Source: Planctomycetota bacterium
Lineage (GTDB): Bacteria > Planctomycetota > Brocadiia > JAADGH01
Direction: 5' to 3'
Length of the DNA: 64,000 nt
NCBI GenBank assembly: GCA_040755855.1
Contig: JBFMAD010000008.1
Span: 96,001-160,000, forward strand
The notes beneath the pieces are model-generated. The model was not told where the DNA came from, made no database searches, and saw only the letters and a program-made list of their open reading frames with translations. This document shows positions 38,295-46,933 of this stretch, piece after piece. A program made the translations under genes and the position numbers. Within the stretch, counting starts at the first letter, position 1, and each line of letters starts with the position of its first letter.

Positions 38295-39281
38295 CTACTC
38301 CAGCCAGAACGAAGGGATGTTCTTCGTGACCTCGTAACTGTCCCACTTCTTCTGCGGCTGGGGGCCCTTCTTCTTGGCCCACTCGGCCATGCGGCGGATG
38401 CCCTCCTGGAGCGAGACCGTCGTCTTGTAGCCGAGGATCTTTTCGGACTTGGTCGTCGTGCAGAAGGCGTGCTTGACCTCGAAGCGCGGCTCGAGGTGGA
38501 CCGGATCAATGTCGGAACGCATGGCCCGCACGACCTCTTCGGCGAGCTGGTTGATGGAGTAGTGCTCCGCCGCGCCGACGTTGATGATCTGCCCCAGCGC
38601 AGCGGGCGTGAATGGGGCCCGGGCGACGCACGGGGCCACGTCGCCGATGTAGGAGAAGGCGCGCGTCTGCTTGCCGTCGCCGAAGATGGTCGGCGGCTTG
38701 CCCTGCATGATCTGGTTCATGAAGATGCCGATGACGTTGCGGTACTTGTCGCCAATGTTCTGCCGCTCCCCATACACGTTGTGTGGGCGGATGATGACAT
38801 ACTCGAGGCCGAAAAGCTCCTTGCTGACCTGAAGCTCCTTCTCCACGGCGTATTTCGCAATCCCGTAGGAATCCTCGGGGTTCGGCGTCAGGCTTTCCTC
38901 CATCGGCGTGACGTTCGTCCCATAGACGGCCATGGACGAGGTGAAGAGGAAGACCTTCACGTTGTTGTTGACGGCCGAGTTGATGAGGTTCACAGACCCC
39001 ATCAGGTTGTTTTCGTAGTTGAACCGCTTGATGAAATGACTCAGCCCCTCGGCGGCGTAGGCCGCCAGGTGGTAGATGATCTCCACGCCCCTCACGGCGT
39101 CTTCAACGGCGTCGGGGTCGGTGATGCTGGCCTCGATGAACTCGGCCTTGGGGTTGACGTTGTCCCTGAAGCCGCCGCTGAGATCGTCGAGGGAACGGAC
39201 GTCATGTCCTTCCTTGACGAGGATATCCGTCACGTGGCTGCCGATGAAGCCGGCGCCGCCGGTTACCAGAATTTTCGCCAT
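38295..39281 (-). CDS. NAD-dependent epimerase/dehydratase
   Basis: [37 protein letters not shown]. Confidence 0.93.
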   Translation of the reverse strand: MAKILVTGGAGFIGSHVTDILVKEGHDVRSLDDLSGGFRDNVNPKAEFIEASITDPDAVEDAVRGVEIIYHLAAYAAEGLSHFIKRFNYENNLMGSVNLINSAVNNNVKVFLFTSSMAVYGTNVTPMEESLTPNPEDSYGIAKYAVEKELQVSKELFGLEYVIIRPHNVYGERQNIGDKYRNVIGIFMNQIMQGKPPTIFGDGKQTRAFSYIGDVAPCVARAPFTPAALGQIINVGAAEHYSINQLAEEVVRAMRSDIDPVHLEPRFEVKHAFCTTTKSEKILGYKTTVSLQEGIRRMAEWAKKKGPQPQKKWDSYEVTKNIPSFWLE

Positions 39282-39347
39282 GTTTCATAACCGCGCACGA
39301 AGAGAAAGGGGTCTGAACCTACTACCACCGCTCCAACTTGTTCTCTC

Positions 39348-39417
39348 GCCATTCTGAGCGGAGCGAAGAATCTCAACCCTTCAAGAGGTTGATACCCTTC
39401 GCTGCGCTCAGGGTGAC
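39348..39417. repeat. GTCAT/ATGAC-family palindrome
   Basis: GCCATTCTGAGCGGAGCGAAGAATCT...CTTCGCTGCGCTCAGGGTGAC. Confidence 0.75.
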
Positions 39418-39478
39418 AGCAACGGGGATGCGTCGAACACCCCAGACATCCTTTGCGACTGAGCCGCTTGAGGCGACG

Positions 39479-39877
39479 CTACCACTGCGCATATACGTCG
39501 CGGCGGACAAGCCGCCCGTTGCCGAAGCTCGCGATGGCCTCGTCGGCATTGTCGAAAAGCATGAAGCGGTCCCTGATCTTGAAGATGTCCAGCGTCGCCT
39601 GGGCCTGTTCGTTCATGGCGGCCAGGCGCACCTCCCCGCCGAGCTCGCCGATCTTGTCCGTCAGGTCCACCAGGATGCCGGGCATGCTCGGCGTCACCCA
39701 GGAGACATGGGAAAAATCCACCACAAACATCCGCTTTCCCCCGTGGCACAGCTTCAGGATTTGCTCAAACACGATCGGCACCTCGACCAGGGCCAACCGT
39801 TCACCCAGCGGCGTCACGAGCATGACGTCATGAAACTGCTCGATCTTGACAACGATCTGATGTCCTTTTTTCGCCAT
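39479..39877 (-). CDS. STAS domain protein (anti-sigma factor antagonist-like)
   Basis: VVDFSHVSW, GGEVRLA, FDNADEAIASF. Confidence 0.8.
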   Translation of the reverse strand: MAKKGHQIVVKIEQFHDVMLVTPLGERLALVEVPIVFEQILKLCHGGKRMFVVDFSHVSWVTPSMPGILVDLTDKIGELGGEVRLAAMNEQAQATLDIFKIRDRFMLFDNADEAIASFGNGRLVRRDVYAQW

Positions 39878-39915
39878 GCGCCGGGTAATTACACAAATGC
39901 GAAATCCACGCAAAG

Positions 39916-40060
39916 GTAACCCCTCGGCGACGGGGAGTGTCATGCTGAGCGAAGCGAAGCATCTCGACCATTCGCAACGCCGAGATTCTTCGTCCCGCGA
40001 AGCGCGGGACTCAGAATGACATTCAGGAGCGGGCCATGCCCCCCGTCATTGAAAGGTTAC
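39916..40060. mobile_element. About 145-bp MITE-like nested palindromic element, copy 2
   Basis: Homologous to 6463-6612; ends GTAACC...GGTTAC. Confidence 0.7.
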
Positions 40061-40083
40061 ACGCAAAACAAGGAATTATACCA

Positions 40084-41310
40084 TCACATCCGCCCTTGTG
40101 CAAGGGCCTCGTCGAGAATCTGGATGGGATGGACCACGCGCACCCTCAGCCCGGCGTCCGTCGTGCGGTCGGCGATCTGCAACATGCACCCCGGACAGCC
40201 CGTGGCAACCGTAGGCGCGCCGCTCTCGCGGATGGCGCTCATCTTGTGGTCGGCGATTTGCATGGATAGATCGTAGTGGAACAGGCTGAACGCCCCCGCC
40301 CCGCCGCAGCAGCGCTCGGCCCCCGGCATCTCCACTAAGTCGGCGACGCGCCGGAGGACCGCCCGCGGCGCCTCGACCACGCCCTGGCCCCAGTTCAGAT
40401 GGCACGGGTCGTGGTAGGTCACCTTCTCGCTGAGTTTCCGGATGTCTATGTTGATGAAGCGGTCAATGAATTCCGAGATGTCCAAGACCTTCGGGCCTAC
40501 CGAGTTCCATGCGTTTCCAAGGAGCAAGGGATACTCGGTCTTGAGGGCGCGCCCGCCGGATGCGCACGCAGTGACGATGTAGTCCAGGTCGTCGCGATCA
40601 AACTCCCGCAGGTTGCGACGGGCGAGTGCGCGGGCCGACGCCTCGTCGCCGAAAGAGAGCACTGGCGTCCCGCAGCAAACCTGACCTCGCGGCACGACGA
40701 CCTCGATGTCGAAATAGTTCAGGACGCGAATCAACGACCGGGCAATTTCGGGATAGACATAATTGATTAGGCATCCGACGAAGAACCCGACGCGCATACG
40801 CGGGCTCTTCAGTCGGCGCGTGGGGTTAAACATGTTGATGGCCGTGCGGCGCGAGAGCGTCGGGATCCACCGCCTGCCCATAAAGAAGAGCGGCAAATGG
40901 CGCATCGGTCCCTCTCGCCTCAGTGGGACGAGGCGCTGCCCGATCGCCGCGCCGAAAAGTCCGAGATCGAACAGCCACCGATGGGGGAGCATGAGCCGGA
41001 AGATCATCCGCGCCAGCGGGGCCACGCCCTGCCGCCGGGCCATCTCCTGGCGGATCGAGTCGAGGATCATGTGGTAATTCACGCTCGACGGGCAGAGCGA
41101 CTCGCACCGCAGGCACTTGAGACAGGTGTTGATGTACTCCTCGAACCGGCCCGTGAATTTTGCCTCCCCCTCGATGAGCGCCTCCGCGAGGGCAATCCGT
41201 CCGCGGGCGACCATCGTCTCCGTTCCCGTCTCCAGAAAGACGGGGCAGACGGACCGGCACTTCCCGCACTTCGCGCATCGGGCGATCTCTTCGGCGAGCG
41301 GCTTGTTCAC
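40084..41310 (-). CDS. GlcF/HdrD-like Fe-S protein (two 4Fe-4S motifs + two CCG domains)
   Basis: CAKCGKCRSVCP, CLKCLRCESLCP, VCCG, HDPCH, RCCG, GCPGC. Confidence 0.9.
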   Translation of the reverse strand: MNKPLAEEIARCAKCGKCRSVCPVFLETGTETMVARGRIALAEALIEGEAKFTGRFEEYINTCLKCLRCESLCPSSVNYHMILDSIRQEMARRQGVAPLARMIFRLMLPHRWLFDLGLFGAAIGQRLVPLRREGPMRHLPLFFMGRRWIPTLSRRTAINMFNPTRRLKSPRMRVGFFVGCLINYVYPEIARSLIRVLNYFDIEVVVPRGQVCCGTPVLSFGDEASARALARRNLREFDRDDLDYIVTACASGGRALKTEYPLLLGNAWNSVGPKVLDISEFIDRFINIDIRKLSEKVTYHDPCHLNWGQGVVEAPRAVLRRVADLVEMPGAERCCGGAGAFSLFHYDLSMQIADHKMSAIRESGAPTVATGCPGCMLQIADRTTDAGLRVRVVHPIQILDEALAQGRM

Positions 41311-41401
41311 GGTTGGTCGAGTCCTGTCAAAACGAACGAATTCTCTATGACCCAGCCTAACGCAAGAGGCGGGAAAAGATCAAGAGAGATCATGCGGGCC
41401 T

Positions 41402-42490
41402 TTACCAGCGCGTGATATGCTTCTGGTAGGGGACGTTGTCGGGGGCATTCGCCAGATAGAGATCGTCGCGCATCTGATCCGGGGTAAGCGTTCCTTTGAA
41501 TTTGCAGAGGCATGAAAGGGCTTCCTTTGATGGCGCGATGAATCCTTTTGGCTCCACATCTCCCGCATAACTCTCAAGCCAACTCCCACGGGATTGACCT
41601 GCAAACCATAGTTCAAGCCTGCCATCGGTCGTCATCTTCTGCCGGGTAGCAGTGTAGAGGAGGATTTCCGTCGGCTGCCCGCCTGTCCCGGTCAGGGCAA
41701 GGGGATAGACGGCCTTCTCGGTCGGGAACCGCATAATCAGCGGGGCGGCAAGGCCCTGCATCGCGATCTTGTGCGCCTGCGTCTTGGAGGAAGGATTCAC
41801 CTTCGCCACGACGAAGCACCAGCCACGCCCAATGTACTTGCCGAAGGCCTCGCGATCCGAATCATCAAACTTAAACTTGTTTTCATTGAGCCAGACGATA
41901 AGGGCATCTGCGCGATCGGACTTGACGACCTTCACGTCATAGATCCCAACCTGCTCCGCGACAAGGACCTCGACATACTGACGGACCCCGCCCAGCGTGG
42001 TGGGAAAGAGGAAAATTACGACAAGTAACAGAAGAAGCACGCAGCCAAGGAAACCGGGGCGTGGTGCCGCAGCTTCCAGTATGCGAAAACGGCGGGACAA
42101 TGCGCACAACAGGAGGGCGACGAGCAGCAGTAAGAGGCTTATGCACAAAATGACATCAGATACAATTCTTCTAATGAGCGTCACCTCTGGCTGCGAGTGC
42201 AGATTGAGGCTGTGAAACAGATCATTTACAGTTTCCACCGACATGGTCGCCAATCCCGGCACCGCAGGCAGGGGGACCACCCATCCCAGTGCAGAGGCGG
42301 TCTTGGAATCCTCGACTTCGTACTTACTCTGCAAGAGGAGGGTTTCCGTCTGTCCGTCGAAGAGGAGTAGCGCCCGTTGGTATGGGACATTCGGAGGGAT
42401 TCTCTCGTAGTGCCGGTAGAACTTGCCGTCGGCGAACACAATCCCGCCGCAGAGTAGCACGGCCGCCAGAATGGCCATCCCTGCTCTCAT
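41402..42490 (-). CDS. DUF2330-like membrane protein
   Basis: QRALL.FDG.TE.L, GWVVPLP, VGIYDV, WLNEN.F, GWCFVVAK, YPL.LT; lower GC. Confidence 0.7.
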   Translation of the reverse strand: MRAGMAILAAVLLCGGIVFADGKFYRHYERIPPNVPYQRALLLFDGQTETLLLQSKYEVEDSKTASALGWVVPLPAVPGLATMSVETVNDLFHSLNLHSQPEVTLIRRIVSDVILCISLLLLLVALLLCALSRRFRILEAAAPRPGFLGCVLLLLLVVIFLFPTTLGGVRQYVEVLVAEQVGIYDVKVVKSDRADALIVWLNENKFKFDDSDREAFGKYIGRGWCFVVAKVNPSSKTQAHKIAMQGLAAPLIMRFPTEKAVYPLALTGTGGQPTEILLYTATRQKMTTDGRLELWFAGQSRGSWLESYAGDVEPKGFIAPSKEALSCLCKFKGTLTPDQMRDDLYLANAPDNVPYQKHITRW

Positions 42491-42852
42491 GGCTGCTTGC
42501 GCTCCACACAGGGCATCCGGCCGTCGGCGCACAGCCCGTCCACCTTCAGCTCGATGAGCTTGAGGTAGCCCTTGATCCTCTGCTCGTGGAAGAGGCCGAG
42601 GTCGGCCCCGTCGCGCTGAAGCCGGAGGAGACGGTCCCGCGCCTGCATCCACAGACCGCGATGGTAAAGGGACTGCGCAGCTTTGAAGGCCTCAAAGGTC
42701 TCCGCCCTGTGCCGCGCCTGCTCCGAGCGCCGCTCCTTCTCCTCTTTCGAGAGGACAGGCGAGTCGGCCGCCATCAGAGCCGTCGAAACCACGAGCACGA
42801 ACGCGGGAAGCAGAGGCAAGGACCGCTGGCGCTCTATCATCCGCCTCAACAT
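42487..42852 (-). CDS. Hypothetical exported protein (121 aa)
   Basis: RBS AAAGGA, signal peptide, own promoter; stop overlaps next ATG. Confidence 0.55.
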   Translation of the reverse strand: MLRRMIERQRSLPLLPAFVLVVSTALMAADSPVLSKEEKERRSEQARHRAETFEAFKAAQSLYHRGLWMQARDRLLRLQRDGADLGLFHEQRIKGYLKLIELKVDGLCADGRMPCVERKQP

Positions 42853-42890
42853 GATGATTCCTTTCTGTTCTCCAGGACGTTGTTTCAGAA

Positions 42891-42967
42891 ATTCTACTCG
42901 CGTCGCGCGCAGTCTGTCAAGGGCTTCCGGCGCAATTCTTGACACGTCGCCCATCGGCTGGTAGAAT
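42891..42967. promoter_or_regulatory. Back-to-back sigma70 promoters
   Basis: Minus: TTGACA-N18-TAGAAT (42920-42891); plus: TTGACA-N17-TAGAAT with extended -10 (42939-42967). Confidence 0.7.
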
Positions 42968-42991
42968 CTGTGTTGTGTTGGAGGAGGTCCC

Positions 42992-43759
42992 GTGAGAATT
43001 CTGTTGACCAACGACGACGGCATCCACGCGCCCGGGCTGCTGGCGCTGAAGAACGTGCTGGCCGGGACGGCCGCGGTTGATGTGGTCGCGCCCATCGCCG
43101 AGCAGAGCGCGGTCGGTCACAGCATCACCCTGCACCGCCCGCTCCGAGTGATCGAGATCGAGCGCGACGGCGACTTCATCGGCTACGGCGTCAACGGCGC
43201 GCCGGCGGACTGCGTCAAGCTGGCGCTGGCGGAGCTTCTGAAAGAGCGGCCCGATATGGTCGTCTCCGGCATCAACCTGGGCGCGAACGTTGGGGTCAAC
43301 GTGCTCTACTCCGGCACAGTGGCGGCGGCGGTGGAGGGGGCCATGGTCGGCATCCCGTCCCTTGCCGCGTCCATCGAGATCGGGGACCGTCCCCAGTTCG
43401 ACGCGGCGGCGCGGATCGTGGGCGACCTGATTCGGAGGCTCCCTCTGGCTGAGTTGGACCAGCATGTGATCCTGAACGTCAATGTCCCTGCGGTTCTCCC
43501 CTCCGAGATCAAGGGAATCAGGGTGACCCGGCAGAGCACCCGCCCCCCGGAGGAGGCGTTCGACCGGCGGACCGACCCCCGAGGAGGGGGCTACTACTGG
43601 ATCACCGCCGACTTCGACGGCCTGGCCGAAGAAGACGGAACAGACTTCAACGCCTTGCGCGACGGCTACGTGTCCATTACGCCGATGCACTTCGACATGA
43701 CCTGCCACGCGCTGCTGCCGCGCCTGTCCAAGTGGAACGTGGGGGGCGATCTTGCCTGA
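42992..43759 (+). CDS. surE: 5'/3'-nucleotidase SurE
   Basis: ILLTNDDG, GAPADCV, SGINLGAN, YSGTVAAA.EG. Confidence 0.96.
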   Translation: MRILLTNDDGIHAPGLLALKNVLAGTAAVDVVAPIAEQSAVGHSITLHRPLRVIEIERDGDFIGYGVNGAPADCVKLALAELLKERPDMVVSGINLGANVGVNVLYSGTVAAAVEGAMVGIPSLAASIEIGDRPQFDAAARIVGDLIRRLPLAELDQHVILNVNVPAVLPSEIKGIRVTRQSTRPPEEAFDRRTDPRGGGYYWITADFDGLAEEDGTDFNALRDGYVSITPMHFDMTCHALLPRLSKWNVGGDLA

Positions 43760-44378
43760 TCTGCGCGAAGCCATCTCGCTGCTCATCGAACACTTCCGTT
43801 GCGCCGGCTGCGCGGCGCTGGTGTTCACGCTGGGGTTCATCAGTTCGGTGGTCGTGGTCAAGTATCGGATCGAGCCGTTGCTCATCTTTCCCCGATGGGT
43901 GGCCGGCAAACTGCAACGGATGCTGAAGCTGAACGCGGTAGCCATATTCCTCCTCATCTTCGGGTTCAACAGCACGGCAATCTGTGTGTACATGCTTACC
44001 GGCGCGATCCACTACCTCGCGCCCGTGGTCATTGCCTTTCTGACAGGGAAGAACATCGGCGTCATCACATTCCTTGCGGGCAGGACCCCGGCGGATGAGA
44101 CGACGGCGCCCCAACCCAGCCCGGTCCGGCAGCTCATCGCCATCATCTGTGGCGTGCTGACGGCGCTCCTGGAGATGCCGTGCTTCTGGCTGGGGATTGC
44201 GATGGGCATGACGCTCGGCGGCTTCGGAGGAGGCCCCACTGTGAATCTCGGTGCGGCCGCTATTGCGCGGCTGAGCGCTTACCTTTGGCTGGTCGTGCCG
44301 GTGTTGTTTGTCTCGGCCATCGCCGAGACGATGGGCATCCGATTCATGATGGCCAAAGAGAAAAAGGAGAACGATTGA
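43752..44378 (+). CDS. Membrane protein, possibly SpoIIM-like
   Basis: Multiple TM helices; IFGFN and LLEMP motifs; overlaps both neighbours. Confidence 0.6.
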   Translation: MPDLREAISLLIEHFRCAGCAALVFTLGFISSVVVVKYRIEPLLIFPRWVAGKLQRMLKLNAVAIFLLIFGFNSTAICVYMLTGAIHYLAPVVIAFLTGKNIGVITFLAGRTPADETTAPQPSPVRQLIAIICGVLTALLEMPCFWLGIAMGMTLGGFGGGPTVNLGAAAIARLSAYLWLVVPVLFVSAIAETMGIRFMMAKEKKEND

Positions 44379-45169
44379 AGTTTCGCCTTGCCGCCATTGA
44401 CCTGGACGGGACGCTGTTGAACAGCCAGAAGCAACTTTCCCAACGGTCCATCAACGCCGTTCGGCGCGCGGCGGGAAGAGGGCTGACGGTGGTCCTCTGC
44501 ACCGGCCGCATGGTCCGCTCGGCGCAGCAATACTGGGAGCAGATCGGGCTGACAACGCCGATCATCGGATACAACGGCGCTATGGTGAAGGACGTTGCCG
44601 TGGGACGGACGCTTTTCCATCGCCCCGTGACCCCGGATGTGACGCGGAATGTGCTGGACTTCCTGCGGGTGCGCAGCATCTTTCCGCTCACCTATTGGGA
44701 CGACCGGCTCTTCGTGGAGCGCAACACGGAGGAGGTCCGATCTTACTCCGCAACGTACAACGTCCACTATGAAATCGTTGACGACCTCGCCGATTTTCTC
44801 AAGGAGGGCAGCACGAAGATCCTCATCGGATGCAAGCCGGAGGAATGTTCGCAGACGGCGGCAGAAGTGCAGGAGGCATTCGGAGACCGGATTCACGTGA
44901 CCCAATCGGAGGGAAAGCATGTGGAGATCAATCATCCATTAGCGACGAAGGCTTCCGCCGCGGCCTTCCTCGCCGGTGACCTCGGCGTCAAGCAGGCGGA
45001 AATTGTTGCATTCGGGGATGGTATAAACGACGTGGACATGTTACAATATGCAGGACTGGGCGTCGCGGTGTCCAACGCCTGGGACGAGGCGAAGCAGGCC
45101 GCCGATCGCGTGATAGGCGGCAACGACGATGACGCGGTGGCCGAGTTCCTGGATTCGCTTGATCTGTGA
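44375..45169 (+). CDS. Cof-type HAD-IIB hydrolase
   Basis: DLDGTLL, CTGR, NGA, FGDGINDVDML; TTG start after AAGGAG. Confidence 0.93.
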   Translation: MKFRLAAIDLDGTLLNSQKQLSQRSINAVRRAAGRGLTVVLCTGRMVRSAQQYWEQIGLTTPIIGYNGAMVKDVAVGRTLFHRPVTPDVTRNVLDFLRVRSIFPLTYWDDRLFVERNTEEVRSYSATYNVHYEIVDDLADFLKEGSTKILIGCKPEECSQTAAEVQEAFGDRIHVTQSEGKHVEINHPLATKASAAAFLAGDLGVKQAEIVAFGDGINDVDMLQYAGLGVAVSNAWDEAKQAADRVIGGNDDDAVAEFLDSLDL

Positions 45170-45185
45170 GCGTGAGGGTTGCGCC

Positions 45186-45824
45186 ATGAAAAACAGCAAT
45201 CCGTTTTACTTTCTCATGTCATGCCTCTTGGCTATTGTCGTATCCCTTGTTCTCCTCGCCGCGGATGGCAACAAGCCGAAGGAGGAAAAGAAAGACCAAA
45301 AGCCCGCCGACAAGAAGGAAGACGTGGACAAGAATAAGGACGAGTCCGGGGCCAAGGCAACAGAAGAAAAGGAAGAGATCGAGCAGGGGACCCACGGCAA
45401 TCCCGTCGACTCCGGCCTGCGGAAACGGTGGGGCTACAAAGAGCGCATGGCTGAGGCGCTTCGCAAAGCCGAGGAGGAGAAGAAACGGAAGCACGAGGAG
45501 TGGCTGGCCGACGAAGAAGCACGCCGCGAGGCGATCCGGCGCGTGCGCGAGGAGATGGAGGCCAAAAAGAAAGAACGGGCTGCCGCGGAAGGTGCGGAAG
45601 GTGAAAAAAAGCCTGACAACAATCTTCTGCCACCGCCGGAAAAACTCGCTACTATCACAATGAAGAGCGGTTGTTCTTTCCAGGGCCTCATCATGGCGGA
45701 AACCGAGCAAGACGTCACCGTCAAGATCACGGGCGGCGAAATGACGATTGACAAAAGGCTCATCGCCGCCATTCAACGCCCCCCCGAACCGGCGCGGAAG
45801 CAAGAAAGTAAGGTAGAGCAGTGA
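45186..45824 (+). CDS. Hypothetical exported protein (charged coiled coil + small beta domain)
   Basis: Signal/TM N-terminus, K/E-rich middle, C-terminal ITMKSG..FQGLIM segment. Confidence 0.7.
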   Translation: MKNSNPFYFLMSCLLAIVVSLVLLAADGNKPKEEKKDQKPADKKEDVDKNKDESGAKATEEKEEIEQGTHGNPVDSGLRKRWGYKERMAEALRKAEEEKKRKHEEWLADEEARREAIRRVREEMEAKKKERAAAEGAEGEKKPDNNLLPPPEKLATITMKSGCSFQGLIMAETEQDVTVKITGGEMTIDKRLIAAIQRPPEPARKQESKVEQ

Positions 45825-45975
45825 AGAAGGAATTGCTACTTAATTCAGGTATACTTAAAGATTGTAAATATAAGCCTTAATGATATTAATATTTACATTG
45901 ATTAACTCATGTGATATGATTGCGACAACTATGAGAAATGAACCATTCACTCAAGGGTAACGGAGGAAAAACATT

Positions 45976-46677
45976 ATGGGTTATCCATTGCGAGTCTCAT
46001 TCGCCGGGGCGATGTATCATGTCACCACGCGCGGAAACAACCGACAGAAGGTCTTCCTCGACGACGACGACTTCGACCACTTCCGACAACTCCTCCGCCG
46101 CTATCGCACGCGGCACGCCTTCAACCTCCACGCCTACTGCCTCATGCCCAACCACGTCCACCTGCTTTTGGAGACCACAACCGCCGCATCCATCTCGCAG
46201 ATCATGCACGACCTCAACCTCGCCTACGCAAAATTCTTCAACGCGAAATACGACCGCACGGGCCACGTCTGGCAGGGCCGCTTCCACAGCAAGATCATTG
46301 ACAGCGAACGATATTTCCTCGACGCGATGCGCTACATGGACCTCAATCCCGTTCGGGCGGAGATCGCGAAGCGTCCCGATGAATACGAGTGGGCGAGTTA
46401 TCGCCGCTACGCGCGCGGCGACACGGACGATCTCGTCACGCCGCACGATCTCTACAAAAATCTCGGCAAGCAGGATCGGAAACGCGAGCGCGTGTATCGG
46501 GAATTTGTCGAGCAAGGAATGGGCCAGCCGAGTCCGGTGTATGCCTACTCGATCTTTGCCGGCGGCGACGATTTCACGGGCCGGATGGAGCGGGCGTATG
46601 GTGAACAAATCTGGCCGAAGTATCGTCGGTTGCTCGAACGCCTGAGCGAGATTCGTCGGACGACGTTGCCGGAGTAG
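45976..46677 (+). CDS. REP-associated tyrosine transposase-like (Y1_Tnp, HUH endonuclease)
   Basis: YHVTTRGNN, YCLMPNHVH (HUH), WQGRF, RYMDLNPVRA, EWASY. Confidence 0.9.
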   Translation: MGYPLRVSFAGAMYHVTTRGNNRQKVFLDDDDFDHFRQLLRRYRTRHAFNLHAYCLMPNHVHLLLETTTAASISQIMHDLNLAYAKFFNAKYDRTGHVWQGRFHSKIIDSERYFLDAMRYMDLNPVRAEIAKRPDEYEWASYRRYARGDTDDLVTPHDLYKNLGKQDRKRERVYREFVEQGMGQPSPVYAYSIFAGGDDFTGRMERAYGEQIWPKYRRLLERLSEIRRTTLPE

Positions 46678-46933
46678 CGTCGCTGCAAACTGAAACTTCA
46701 TTGTGTCGAACACACTTTCCGTCTGTACTGACACCCCCTGCGCGACACTTCAATTTGAAATCTGTGCCACTTGAGGTTCCACGTTACGGTATGCGCGGCT
46801 GATCCTGGTTTTTGCTCTGTCGGCAATCCCATTTTTGTTCGGTTCGGCGGCGCGATATCGTCATAATAATATATGTAACAGATTCGCTTATCAGATGTTA
46901 AATGAACCCGGTAAATATATAAGTGAAGAAATA

